Shown: positions 1-13,388 of the stretch, one piece after another | Layout: each line of letters starts with the position of its first letter | How positions within the stretch are numbered: position 1 is the first letter of the stretch | Made by a program: the position numbers and the translations under genes | NCBI RefSeq assembly: GCF_964355755.1 | Contig: NC_092673.1 | Span: 35,647,648-35,711,647, forward strand | Origin: Antedon mediterranea | Taxonomy: Eukaryota > Animalia > Echinodermata | DNA: 64,000 nt | Direction: 5' to 3' | Notes under the pieces: generated by a model | What the model saw: only the letters and a program-made list of their open reading frames with translations | What the model was told of the DNA's origin: nothing | Databases searched by the model: none

Positions 1-202
1 AAAAAAATCACACTCAACAGTGGGAAACCTGCCTCTTACCTAAGGATATTGTCATAGTAATTATAGTAGTATTATGTCTAGAGAAGATTTTGAACTATAC
101 TAAATGATAGACCATTATAAATAATGTACTCGTAAAATAGGAAGTAACAGTTTTCATAATAAAAAAGTGTTGAATCCCACCAGAACAGAACATGGAATTT
201 AC

Positions 203-3200
203 CTGTACCAGTAGAGCTTTTTTGTAATGCTGATTTTGGCTCTCCTTCATCAGTACCGCCAGCATCTGTAAATATCAATATACACTTAATGGACTTGATG
301 ATGTTGTTGCTTACATACAACAAATACAATTTTAGTTAATTCATTTAGTTTAAAGTATAACTTGCAATAATAGTGTTCCATAGCATATCTACAGTTAGGG
401 CGTTTGTTGTATGAGAGGATGCATCTGGTGGGTAAATATCTGTGATAATACTGCATATGGCTCAGTGGTCTAACGATATGATGGTCACTGGTTCTTACCC
501 TATCCAGAGAACTTTTTTCATACAACTAAAAAATATGGAACTTTTCCACAGTATACACAGTATTATTTTTAAAAACCTGTTGAATTTGTAAAATGTGGAA
601 CACTGTACAGTAGATATTTTGGTTTGATTAACTACCGTAGTAATGAATAAAATATTGATTGCATAATAACATAATAAATTATTATCCTAATTAAAAACTT
701 TCATGAAAAGATATAGTTTTAAAGTCCTATTGAAGAAAACAAACATAACATATGCATACATTTTGTTAGAACTTCTTCAGGTTCTCCAAGCTTCAAGATA
801 CCTAATTTCTCGATAAATAGTTGCATATTTCCTTCACTGATGATCTGTCTGTTTTCAAGATCATTAATCAGATCCCATTTATCTTCATAAGATGTTGGTG
901 CCTCATTAACAAGATCACTGATGGATTCCACATTTTTTGTGGTCAGCTTATTTCCAAATTCTACCAACATGCATCTGTGACGACTATATTTTGAAACGGA
1001 AATCTCCTCGACATTTGGGAATGTTACAACTTCCTCTTGAATTTTTCTTACTAATTCAAATTCTCCTGTTACATTGATGGTGTCAAAAAACAATGTGAGA
1101 TCTTTGCTTGTCAGATGATTAGATTCAATTAAGAATTCCAGCAGGTCTATCGTGCTAGATGCCTTGTCTAGCATATGAGGAAGCAGAAGGGGTTTGTACA
1201 AGGTTTTCAGCAAACTGATTGAATCCCTCTTGTCATACCAGCGAGAAAATTCTGCTTTAATGTAGGTAAAAATAAAATCTCGTACTCCTAGATTGAAAAG
1301 AGAAGTTGAACTAAAAATGGTTTTAACATATTTGTTTTCAGAAAAAGCAACAACTATGAAAGACGCATACTACTGTACTACGTAACACATATTTGGCTCC
1401 TATGGTGAAAATCATGCTCTCATCTGACATTGTCTATTTGACATTGTCTATAACTATTTAAAGTACCTTGCTTTGATGTGATGTGAACTAATAATAATGA
1501 TGGTCTGAAAATCAATCTAATATTGTATAATTAATTCTAATATTATTACAAAATGTGGCCTGGTAAACTTTGCATGATCATTTTCATCACAGATTACATA
1601 AACCAAAATAATATTGAGTGTTGTCTGTTGTGGTGTAAATTATGAATTTATTTCCTTTAAACTCGTCACCCTCGTTTGAAACAGATACTTTTTCATGTTC
1701 CATTTCTTTTGTTTGTTTCTTCTGATATTCTGTTTCTAGTACAGCAAACTTTTTTAAGTCATTAAGCATCTGTTTTAACAGTTGATGATAGTTTGGTACA
1801 ACTTTAAAAACAAATTCAAAAGAACAAATAGAAATATTATAATCACTGAAATTTTAAATATTTAGTTGCAAAGTACTGTATGCATACTTTATTTTCCCTA
1901 AATCTTTTATTTGATAACTTTTTTAAATGTGTTTTTTATTTAAGCTTTTTATGATTATATACTCTATCAAGAATGTGCTTCTTTAACGTATATAAAAATA
2001 TGGCCACCACCAGGTAGGCCTACTTCATCAAGGCTTCTAAGAATGGATGACGAGTTGGGAGCAGGAATGCTAGTAGACCAAACCCAGAACCGTTTTTGAT
2101 TACGATCATGCGGGAAATTACCTCACAACGAAAATAAAATCTCATTGCATTTCTCATTGCTAGAAAACAAAATTCTCAGTAAAAATTGTTTTACCAGAGC
2201 GTTACTAACAACTTCCTGGTTTTAGTTTATTTCTTGCAAGAAAAAGGTACTTGATTAATTAATTTAATTATTTACTGATCTACAGCCAATGACCACAATG
2301 CAATATTTAAACTTGTCATGCATTGTTTGTTTTCATGATTCAGAACATACTTTTCTGACAATTATGCTGCCTCTAGAATATTGATTCTTGTCAATCAAGA
2401 CATAACTATATGTTTTAATCTATGAAGGCATATTAGGCATTTACTACCACATTCATTGTTACTTGTTTTAATCAATAAATGTGTTAGGAACTTACTTGTC
2501 TAGTTTCATTTTGAACATTAATTATGAAAGTATATCAAGGAAAAAATATACAACATTCAATGTAAATTATATCGATCACAGAGCTTGTTTACTGAAATTG
2601 GTAATAAACCCTGCCAGGCATCATCGTGACATGGTCTTCTTACAAATCCCCAAGTCGGACATCTCACAAACATTACCCACTGACCAAGAGCACCATAACC
2701 ACTCATCATACAATAAACTCATTTATATATATAGCATAACTTTCAACATTCCCTTACATGATTACCAAATGTCAAATTGGTTTCATAAACCGCCTATTAT
2801 ATCTAATGCAGACTAGTCGCATCCCACCCATCATCTAGTTCTGTTTAATATAAACTGTTCATTGGTTGTGTTTTCGTTACAATATGTTACTTTTATTTTT
2901 ATTATCTGTTTTATATTTTACCAGCTAGGCCTACACAACTATAAGCCTAGCTAAGCTAGGCCTAAGACCGTCCATGAGACGAAACTTGACGCGTTCTACT
3001 TGGTAGTGCATTGTTTCTCTCTTTTTATCATAATAAACAATAAAACGTACATTTTAGACAAGGAATGACCTGGTGTACTGTTTTTAAATATTTTTACAAA
3101 ATTGTAGGTCTAGTGTCTTTAACCACTTACCAACTTCATGCTCCATTGGTTTTGGTAAATCTTCATATTCTTTTTGCAGCATTTCTCTTTCATAGTACAT

Positions 3201-6200
3201 TGGTACATCTATAAAAGGAGTCAATTGAACATTCTAAAATAGTTTTTATTTTCACAGACCAGGAGAGTTGAGTTTCTTTATTGTTGAAGTATTACCACTA
3301 ATTTGCTTTGACCAAAAATATAAAACATACCTTTGAGGTAGCTAGAACTTCTGATTAGTTTTGATGGTCCAGGTTGATCTATTAAAAATAGTATTATACA
3401 TATTGATTTTAATAAACAGACAATGTAGAGATTTTGATGGTCCAGGTTGATCTATTAAAAATAGTATTATACATATTGATTTTAATAAACAGACAATGTA
3501 GAGATTTTGATGGTCCAGGTTGATCTATTAAAAATAGTATTATACATATTGATATTAATAAACAGACAATGTAGAGATTTTGATGGTCCAGGTTGATCTA
3601 TTAAAAATAGTATTATACATATTGATATTAATAAACAGACAATGTAGAGATTTTGATGGTCCAGGTTGATCTATTAAAAATAGTATTATACATATTGATT
3701 TTAATAAACAGACAATGTAGAGATTTTGATGGTCCAGGTTGATCTATTAAAAATAGTATTATACATATTGATTTTAATAAACAGACAATGTAGAGATTTT
3801 GATGGTCCAGGTTGATCTATTAAAAATAGTATTATACATATTGATTTTAATAAACAGACAATGTAGAGATTTTGATGGTCCAGGTTGATCTATTAAAAAT
3901 AGTATTATACATATGGATTTTAATAAACAGACAATGTAGAGATTTTGATGGTCCAGGTTGATCTATTAAAAATAGTATTATACATATGGATTTTAATAAA
4001 CAGACAATGTAGAGATTTTGATGGTCCAGGTTGATCTATTAAAAATAGTATTATACATATTGATTTTAATAAACAGACAATGTAGAGATTTTGATGGTCC
4101 AGGTTGATCTATTAAAAATAGTATTATACATATGGATTTTAATAAACAGACAATGTAGAGATTTTGATGGTCCAGGTTGATCTATTAAAAATAGTATTAT
4201 ACATATTGATTTTAATAAACAGACAATGTAGAGATTGTGATGGTCCAGGTTGATCTATTAAAAATAGTATTATACATATTGATTTGAATAAACAGACAAT
4301 GTAGAGATTTTGATGGTCCAGGTTGATCTATTAAAAATAGTATTATACATATTGATTTTAATAAACAGACAATGTAGAGATTTTGATGGTCCAGGTTGAT
4401 CTATTAAAAATAGTATTATACATATTGATTTTAATAAACAGACAATGTAGAGATTTTGATGGTCCAGGTTGATCTATTAAAAATAGTATTATACATATTG
4501 ATATTAATAAACAGACAATGTAGAGATTTTGATGGTCCAGGTTGATCTATTAAAAATAGTATTATACATATTGATATTAATAAACAGACAATGTAGAGAT
4601 TTTGATGGTCCAGGTTGATCTATTAAAAATAGTATTATACATATTGATTTTAATAAACAGACAATGTAGAGATTTTGATGGTCCAGGTTGATCTATTAAA
4701 AATAGTATTATACATATTGATTTGAATAAACAGACAATGTAGAGATTGTGATGGTCCAGGTTGATCTATTAAAAATAGTATTATACATATTGATTTTAAT
4801 AAAACAGACAATGTAGAGATTTTGATGGTCCAGGTTGATCTATTAAAAATAGTATTATACATATTGATTTTAATAAACAGACAATGTAGAGATTTTGATG
4901 GTCCAGGTTGATCTATTAAAAATAGTATTATACATATTGATTTTAATAAACAGACAATGTAGAGATTTTGATGGTCCAGGTTGATCTATTAAAAATAGTA
5001 TTATACATATTGATTTTAATAAACAGACAATGTAGAGATTTTGATGGTCCAGGTTGATCTATTAAAAATAGTATTATACATATGGATTTTAATAAACAGA
5101 CAATGTAGAGATTTTGATGGTCCAGGTTGATCTATTAAAAATAGTATTATACATATGGATTTTAATAAACAGACAATGTAGAGATTTTGATGGTCCAGGT
5201 TGATCTATTAAAAATAGTATTATACATATTGATTTTAATAAACAGACAATGTAGAGATTTTGATGGTCCAGGTTGATCTATTAAAAATAGTATTATACAT
5301 ATGGATTTTAATAAACAGACAATGTAGAGATTTTGATGGTCCAGGTTGATCTATTAAAAATAGTATTATACATATTGATTTTAATAAACAGACAATGTAG
5401 AGATTGTGATGGTCCAGGTTGATCTATTAAAAATAGTATTATACATATTGATTTGAATAAACAGACAATGTAGAGATTTTGATGGTCCAGGTTGATCTAT
5501 TAAAAATAGTATTATACATATTGATTTTAATAAACAGACAATGTAGAGATTTTGATGGTCCAGGTTGATCTATTAAAAATAGTATTATACATATTGATTT
5601 GAATAAACAGACAATGTAGAGATTTTGATGGTCCAGGTTGATCTATTAAAAATAGTATTATACATATTGATTTTAATAAACAGACAATGTAGAGATTTTG
5701 ATGGTCCAGGTTGATCTATTAAAAATAGTATTATACATATTGATTTTAATAAACAGACAATGTAGAGATTTTGATGGTCCAGGTTGATCTATTAAAAATA
5801 GTATTATACATATTGATTTTAATAAACAGACAATGTAGAGATTTTGATGGTCCAGGTTGATCTATTAAAAATAGTATTATACATATTGATTTTAATAAAA
5901 CAGACAATGTAGAGATTTTGATGGTCCAGGTTGATCTATTAAAAATAGTATTATACATATTGATTTTAATAAAACAGACAATGTAGAGATTTTGATGGTC
6001 CAGGTTGATCTATTAAAAATAGTATTATACATATTGATTTTAATAAACAGACAATGTAGAGATTTTGATGGTCCAGGTTGATCTATTAAAAATAGTATTA
6101 TACATATTGATTTGAATAAACAGACAATGTAGAGATTTTGATGGTCCAGGTTGATCTATTAAAAATAGTATTATACATATGGATTTTAATAAACAGACAA

Positions 6201-9200
6201 TGTAGAGATTTTGATGGTCCAGGTTGATCTATTAAAAATAGTATTATACATATTGATTTGAATAAACAGACAATGTAGAGATTTTGATGGTCCAGGTTGA
6301 TCTATTAAAAATAGTATTATACATATTGATTTTAATAAACAGACAATGTAGAGATTTTGATGGTCCAGGTTGATCTATTAAAAATAGTATTATACATATT
6401 GATTTTAATAAACAGACAATGTAGAGATTTTGATGGTCCAGGTTGATCTATTAAAAATAGTATTATACATATTGATTTTAATAAACAGACAATGTAGAGA
6501 TTTTGATGGTCCAGGTTGATCTATTAAAAATAGTATTATACATATTGATTTTAATAAAACAGACAATGTAGAGATTTTGATGGTCCAGGTTGATCTATTA
6601 AAAATAGTATTATACATATTGATTTTAATAAAACAGACAATGTAGAGATTTTGATGGTCCAGGTTGATCTATTAAAAATAGTATTATACATATTGATTTT
6701 AATAAACAGACAATGTAGAGATTTTGATGGTCCAGGTTGATCTATTAAAAATAGTATTATACATATTGATTTGAATAAACAGACAATGTAGAGATTTTGA
6801 TGGTCCAGGTTGATCTATTAAAAATAGTATTATACATATGGATTTTAATAAACAGACAATGTAGAGATTTTGATGGTCCAGGTTGATCTATTAAAAATAG
6901 TATTATACATATTGATTTGAATAAACAGACAATGTAGAGATTTTGATGGTCCAGGTTGATCTATTAAAAATAGTATTATACATATGGATTTTAATAAACA
7001 GACAATGTAGAGATTTTGATGATAAAACACTGAATGTTTTAATATCTCTCACAAGATAATGGTGACGAGTAAGGCTTTCGCGCAACACATCGTAATATGC
7101 ACATGTAATTTATTAGGCTTGATCTACAGTAGGCTGCACCACAACAATTGTACAAACAGCATAGTGTTGAAAGAGATAAAAAAAAAATCAAATTTTAAAA
7201 ATTCAAATGGCCATATGATGACGTCATATCATACTTACAGTCTAATTTTCAACAACTCATTACCTTTTCATAATATGTTAAAAATAGGGGGTCACCAGCC
7301 ATTCCGGAGAACTATAATCGATTCAAAACAGGCATATTTATACACAAATTTACATAAAATTACCTATTTTCAAGCCCAAAATTTTGACATGCATGTGTGA
7401 AAGGAACTTATCATAAACGGTATACAGAACAACAATCAAGTACAAAAACGGTCTGTCTAAGCTGCGTACAAGCTAAGTACGCAAAAGCGTGTGCATAATG
7501 CGAAATTCTTTGAAAAATGTGAAAAGCTTAAAATGTCCTGAAACGTGTAGAAAGTTTAGAAATTGATTTGAGCATTTTTAACTTTCAAAGCATGAGTATG
7601 CACGAATGTTCACACTTTTTCTGATGATATAGGAAGATGACCTTTGACATGCAGCATACGTGTGTCAAGTGGTATTTAAAAATATCTATTGGTTTCTAAT
7701 TTTTAGTCAATCTAAGAATTTCAGAAAATTGCTCATAGTTTAATATGATTTTCATCAAATCAAAGTTAAACAACTACATACGTGTATCTGCTGGCTAAGT
7801 TACAACATAACTGCTTTCGCCGTTTTAGAGATCTGCCACCAACAAAAAATGATTAAACAAAAATGTTCTGGACAATAATTGCTCTTCTGAGAGCCATAGC
7901 CTAATCATTTTCAGGTTGTTTAAAATTGTTGTAAGAGATGTTGACGTTTTTTTCAATTAGTCTCATAGGCTATGGGATAAGTGAACATTAGAAATTAAGT
8001 ATAATTGTAAGATCTGGAGTTTTGTTTGAAAATCAACCTTATTGCCCACAAAGAATACAACTTACCTAGCTGTGGACTTAAAGACCTCTTAAATTGTTCT
8101 GATATTCCAACTTTATCTGTAAAATATTTATCATCGAAATAGCTATGAATTAATTGCCAATAATACTTTTAAAAACCCACAAATTCTCTTCAATACACAA
8201 TAATTAATAATAATATAATAATCAACATTTATATTGCGACAATTAAATATAATAATTGAATATGCATTGTGTCCTGAATTTGCTGAAAAAAGTTATTAAA
8301 TTAATTTTAAATGAATCAAAAGTAGGTGACTTTTTGACAAAAGGTGGTATTTCATTCCAAAGAGAAGATGTAACACAATAAAAAGTGCATCCACCGTAAA
8401 TGTTAGCATGGAAACTTAAAATGGTTGACGTCTATAATTGGTCAGAGGAGCAAAGGTGACCTGATGGAACACATCGAGGAACAATTTTGGTAATTAAATT
8501 CGGAACGCATAGACAAATGTTCAAAGAAAATTGTGTTTTCTCTAAATTCTTTCTTTAAACATCACATTATGTAAAGATAGGTTAGTAAGGAGTAGTATAA
8601 TTCCATAACCGCAAGCTCATCTAGAGAATGCTAGGCTGGTGATTTGGAGGTCGTGGGTTGAAATCTCAGCTGAGAATTAACTTGACTAATTCTCAATATG
8701 TACTCAGAATATGGCAAATATCTTGCCAATCTGTCTGATTTAAAGGTACTAAAACAGTAGTTCAAAACAATAATAACAAACTAATTATTTCATTACTAGT
8801 ATTTTTTATTAATCATATTCATTTAAATTGATTCAATAAATCACTCCTTCAAATTCACCTGTTTCTAATTTAACAATTCCTTGTGATCCATGTTCTATTT
8901 CATGTTCCATTTCATGTTCCATTTCATGTTCCATTCCATGTTTCATTCCATGTTCCATTCCATGTTCTACTATTGTTGATGTATCAGATGAATTGTATGA
9001 ATCTGCTAAAAAATACAAATTTACATTGATGTTTAATTTAGTCAAATTTGTCAAATTTCCATGACACCATTCAGGTTATGATGATGTACTAGACAAATCA
9101 TTTAAATCTCAAAATAGCAAAAATTGACTTTGATGAATTTAATCAAAGTAAGGTTCTACAATGTTCAACTGTCTATAATTCCGATTCCAAAAAAAAAAAA

Positions 9201-11972
9201 ATATTATGTTTGACATTAAAATAAATAGTGATGGCTATGTGTATTTATATTGTGTAACTGCACCACTTACCTGTTTGTGATCTTTGTTCTTGTAGAAATT
9301 CTTCAGATTCGGATTCTGTTGATGAACCAGATAAATCATCTGAATCATCTAATAAGGATAGCAAAAAACATTTAATAATGTTCAATGTAGTAAAAACTAC
9401 TGTATTATCATGATGAAGGATGTCAGGATCTAGAACGTTTGTCACATTCTATGACCCTGATGACAAAAGAAAAAGAAAATATTTTGTACAAAGAATATAT
9501 TTTGAATCATTGTTAATTTAAATAATAATTATGGTATTAATTTAAAAAATTGTCAGGCGTTTTTGAGGGGGTGTATCCACCAGAAATTTCTATTTATATC
9601 CGAATAGACTGCCCAGGATTGACTCGCACATCGTAGGAAATTTCTATTTCTGTTTTTGTTGTTGAGTAAAAAGGGGCACCTGTACAATTTAGGGCCTCCC
9701 TCTTGAATCCACCCTTGAAAAATATATTGTCATTGCTAGAATATTAGCAAATACCCTGTCTGTTTACATGGTTGAGTCATTCTTACTTATATAAAATTTT
9801 AATTTTAAAAAATCATAGCAAAATAATTTCTCACCTATTTCTTTTATCTTTTTCATTGCAGATTTTAAATCCTGTTCTTCAATTTTAACACCAAGCAACT
9901 GGTGTTGAAATTCTTGCTGGAATTCCCCTGCTACTATTTTTGCTAAATCTTTGAGCAGATTCTCACTAGAATAGGCTTCCCAGAGGTTTTCTAATGATTT
10001 AGAGTCGTATGCAGTTAGATATAACACTAAAGACCCTGTTCCTACGTGTGTGAAATATAAATGAATACTCTTGAAGTAGGATGTAAGCTTTTCCAAAATA
10101 TTGTAACAATGTGTGGTAGCTGCTTTCTTTTGTTTTGCTAGATTGTTGAAGAAGATTTCAAGAGCATGTGGTTGGTCTCTGTCTTCAACTGACAAAGAAC
10201 AGTCGGTTTTCACTAATAACAATTCCACACCTTAAAAGATAATATACAATATACATATTCTTTTTCTGCATTGTTTTAAACAGACTACCATATTTACTAA
10301 GAATGTATGGGTTTGTTTTCTAATTGAAATTTCTAAAGATTGATATTCTTTGAAACCGGTGTCAGTAAGATGACTTTCAACCTAAAAAACAAAACAATTT
10401 TCTTCTTTTGTTTGAATTTTGCACACACTCAGTATTGTATTCAGAATGTGAATATTATTTACAAAAACTTTTCTTTTTATTTGTTTGCAATATGATGCTG
10501 TGTATCAAATAAAACTACCTGATAATAAACATGTTATTTCCTGCTGAGTTGATATATTTGTTAAGAACTAAGCAATAAAAGCTATTCAATTACCAATACC
10601 TTTTAGTTTTTCATCCTCAATTATTGTTTCCCAGTTTTCTAAAACTGTTTCTTGACCAACCAAAATTGTCGCTAAATCTTTAATAAGCTCTCCATTCATC
10701 TGTAATTTTGTTAATTCTGATAAGGCAGATCGACTATCTGAATCCACAGAAAACACAAGCGATGTATTTGGATTCACTGTGGTTTTGATGTCACTTAAAG
10801 TGAGAGATGGATTCACACTTCTAAAGTGTTCCTTAAACTTTTTGAACATTTCCTTGCAATATTCTTCAACTTTGACAATCAAATCAAATTTTACTGCACA
10901 AGAATTAAATTCGAGGATTAGTTGAATATTTGCTCCTTTAAAAAGAAATTTTCAAAAGTCATTAATAATTGAAATTTCTAAAGATTGGTATTCTTTGAGA
11001 CTGATTTCAGCAAGATCACGTTCAGCCTAATGTGAAAAACATAACAATTTTCTTCTTTTGTTGGAATTTTGCAAATACAGTATTGCAGTCAGAATGTGGA
11101 CATTATTCACAAAAAACATTTTCTTTTATTAGTTAGCAAAATGCTGTGTATAAATAAAAGTACCAGAGTAATAAAAATGTTGTTTCCTGCTGAGTGGATA
11201 TATTTGATATAAGAACTATGGGGCAGTACAGTATCACAGATTATATTACAGTCTTTGAAATTTCAAGTCTTGCTTTTATGCAACTTATACCGTTACCCTA
11301 ATTAGACGGTTTCTCTTTATCGTGCTAAACGTATCATGATAATAGATCATCATATTTTAATATGAACATGCCTAATGACCCACAATATTACAGTTATTAT
11401 TAAAACTTCAATATAAATGATCAGAATTTGTAATTACCATTATCAAGAAGTATTTTTCTTGCGTGTTCCGGAAGAAGTTTTGCAAACCGCTCTATTTTAT
11501 CAGGTTTATTTTCTAAATGTAACTCTCTTTCCAGATAACAAACGACTGACCAAATATTTGGTAAATTATCGGTAAGGTCTCTCAGGTTATAGCGAGAAAT
11601 TATCTTATTTAACGTATCTTCTCTAACTTCCTTTAAAGCCTTGAACAATTTTTTTCGGTATGATGAAAATGTTTGCGTACCTGAATTTATAAGATTGTTA
11701 TCTTTCATATAGTCTCTTACAAGATCTATAGCTTTCTTTTGATTAGACAATTCAGAAATCTCGAGGAGACAGCAAACATTATCAGCTGAGATAACACCAT
11801 TTTTTTCAAGTGCATTAAATATATCATTCGCTATAAAGTTTGGTTTAATATCTCCATAAGGTAGGATATTCAGTAGGCAGAATTTCAACATATCATACTT
11901 TTCACCTTCATAGTGTTTACCAAGTTCATACTTTAAGTCGCCAAACTCATCATTCCTTTCAAGAAATGCCAT
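203..11972 (-). CDS. Multi-exon death-effector-domain adaptor-like protein: tandem DED, two TRADD-N-like repeats, low-complexity linker, second tandem DED; 3' end lies beyond the window
   Basis: Phase-1 GT-AG exons chain in frame: 11972-11438 (MAFLERNDEF...), 10935-10594, 10230-9835, 9348-9271, 9002-8859, 8116-8066, 3378-3331, 3208-3131, 1801-1670 (donor uncertain), 1287-760, 265-203. Both large exons show DED-like patterns (LKFCL..DIFNALEKNGVISADNVCCLLEI; SRHRCMLVEFGNKLT..WDLINDLENRQIISEGNMQLF). A single-gene model is an inference. Confidence 0.7.
760..1287 (-). CDS. Exon encoding a second tandem-DED pair
   Basis: Acceptor tag|GA GTA CGA at 1288 and donor AAAT|gtatgc; includes ORF 719..1213. 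Same DED-linker-DED layout as the 11.4-12.0 kb exon. Confidence 0.7.
3361..7022. repeat. 73-bp minisatellite, ~50 copies, intronic; the unit contains the splice acceptor and first ~20 nt of exon 3378-3331
   Basis: Unit ttgatggtccaggttgatctattaaaaatagtattatacatattgattttaataaacagacaatgtagagatt recurs every 73 nt (3361, 3434...). Confidence 0.97.
7050..7860. mobile_element. Degenerate non-autonomous Helentron-like element, related to 21817-22982
   Basis: Shares blocks with the 21.8-23.0 kb element (gtgacgagtaaggctttcgcgc; ggccatatgatgacgtca; aaaatgtcctgaaacgtgtagaaagtt). Boundaries approximate. Confidence 0.4.
8225..8510 (-). mobile_element. 3' fragment of a CR1/L2-clade LINE
   Basis: Minus strand reads ...SLWNEIPPFVKKSPTFDSFKINLITF..., typical of the CR1/L2 ORF2 C-terminus, and is followed by an (aat)n tail. 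Confidence 0.5.
9835..10935 (-). CDS. Two exons, each encoding a TRADD-N-like domain
   Basis: GSLVLYLTAYDSKSLENLWEAYSSENLLKDLAKI and TSLVFSVDSDSRSALSELTKLQMNGELIKDLATI match the GSL-x-L...S..AL..LW..Y.SG.L...L pattern of TRADD-N-like domains found in invertebrate immune proteins. Confidence 0.6.
11438..11972 (-). CDS. Exon encoding N-terminal tandem death effector domains
   Basis: ORF 11421..11990. Acceptor cag|GAAAATG at 11977 and donor AATG|gtaatt. Two helical death-fold repeats linked by FSSYRKKLF, as in caspase-8/cFLIP-type tandem DEDs. Confidence 0.75.
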
Positions 11973-13191
11973 TTTCCTGCAATATAACAAATAGTAAATC
12001 TATACATTTTTACAATGAAACATTATTAAATTACGCTTTTTATGGTAGTAGTAGCAGTACGGATCTAGACCTGTTGCTACTAACCCAGTCTCTCCAGTAG
12101 CAATACCAAACAAACTTCTATCAAAACAGAATTGTTTTCAAGTGCCTAAACTGGAAGTGTCTCTTCCCTACTTATAGACTTCACTGGCTATTAGTGAAAT
12201 TGTTTTCAAGATTTTTATTAACTTAAATTTTCCAAAAATAGTTTGCCATTATTTATAACTAAAATAAAAAATAAATGCTACGGTAGTACAGGAATACAAC
12301 AGCATTGTTATTTCACCAGATTGTATGTATTCCATATACTTTTGGATTTATCATTTACACTGCTGGACATGACAAAACTATAACATAAAAAAGCAGAAAA
12401 TAAAGATGAATAAAATGAAACTTTCAATCGTGTCATTTTATAGTTAATATTCAAAAGACAAGATACAGTAAACAATTAAATTTAACCATTAGAAGTGGGG
12501 TTACTATCTGAAAATACTAACCCACCTCCAACTTTTCTGGTCTGCAACTCATTAATAAAACAGTACGAATAAACAAATTTGGTTGAACTCTAACTTTATT
12601 TTATAAACTCAAAAACACTAAATCCTCCTCACTCCCTAGATCAACATTCATTGTCTCCTTATTTTCAAAATACGACTGCATGATGATAAGTTTTTGTGAC
12701 TCTATAGTAACCCCCATCCATGGCTTACTATATTAGAGTAGTGGGTTGTTATTATTATAGATTGACTTATAAGGTGGGTTACTATAATAGAATGGGGTTA
12801 CTACAGTATTAGAGTGTGGGTTATACCTAGCTAGTGCCAGTGGGCCACGAGCTGAACAAACTTGGAATTTGTACTCTTCCCACCGGCTAGAGATAAATCG
12901 CTGTGCTGAGCTAGCCTATGACATAGTTAACAGTTTAAGGGCTAGACATAGGCTATGTCTAGCCCTTAAACTGTTATTGTTAACTAGGCCTATAGATGGG
13001 CTAGTATTCAATTTTAGGGACATATTTGTTACAATTTTAAAAGTATACTGTTGTACATAGTACATACTTGAAAACCTGTCGGAATTTATTGGAAAAGAAC
13101 AAGTTGAATCAACATGGCGGCGGTCCTGTCTTCCTCGTTTGTTCTCATTCACCACCACTACCAGGTCAGTGTCATGGTGTAGCAAAAGAGC

Positions 13192-13388
13192 CCTGGAAAT
13201 GGGAATTCCCCTTTCTGGAATGACGTCATTGAATATCTTGCTTGATCGTTGCCCAATGTAGTAGTAGTTGAGATGTTTATAAATAATTGATTTTGTGAAT
13301 TTCACAACTAAACATTTATAATCACATTAAAAGTCAAACAATTATTGTTTGAAGTTTTAGTTTTAAAGGTCGAGACGTTTTCCAGGAA
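13192..13388. promoter_or_regulatory. Putative immune-inducible promoter of the DED gene (kB + STAT-like + CRE)
   Basis: GGGAATTCCC at 13201-13210, TTTCTGGAA at 13212-13220, TGACGTCA at 13221-13228 and TTCCAGGAA at 13380-13388. A minus-strand donor caa|gtatgt at 13067 suggests a non-coding first exon just downstream. Confidence 0.6.

Noticed and set aside
3361-7022. CRISPR-like appearance of the long regular array
   Set aside because: There are no unique spacers and no cas genes, and the context is a eukaryotic intron.
4650-7088. Repeated 61-70 aa ORFs (MYNTIFNRSTWTIK...)
   Set aside because: They are translations of the 73-bp satellite, not genes.
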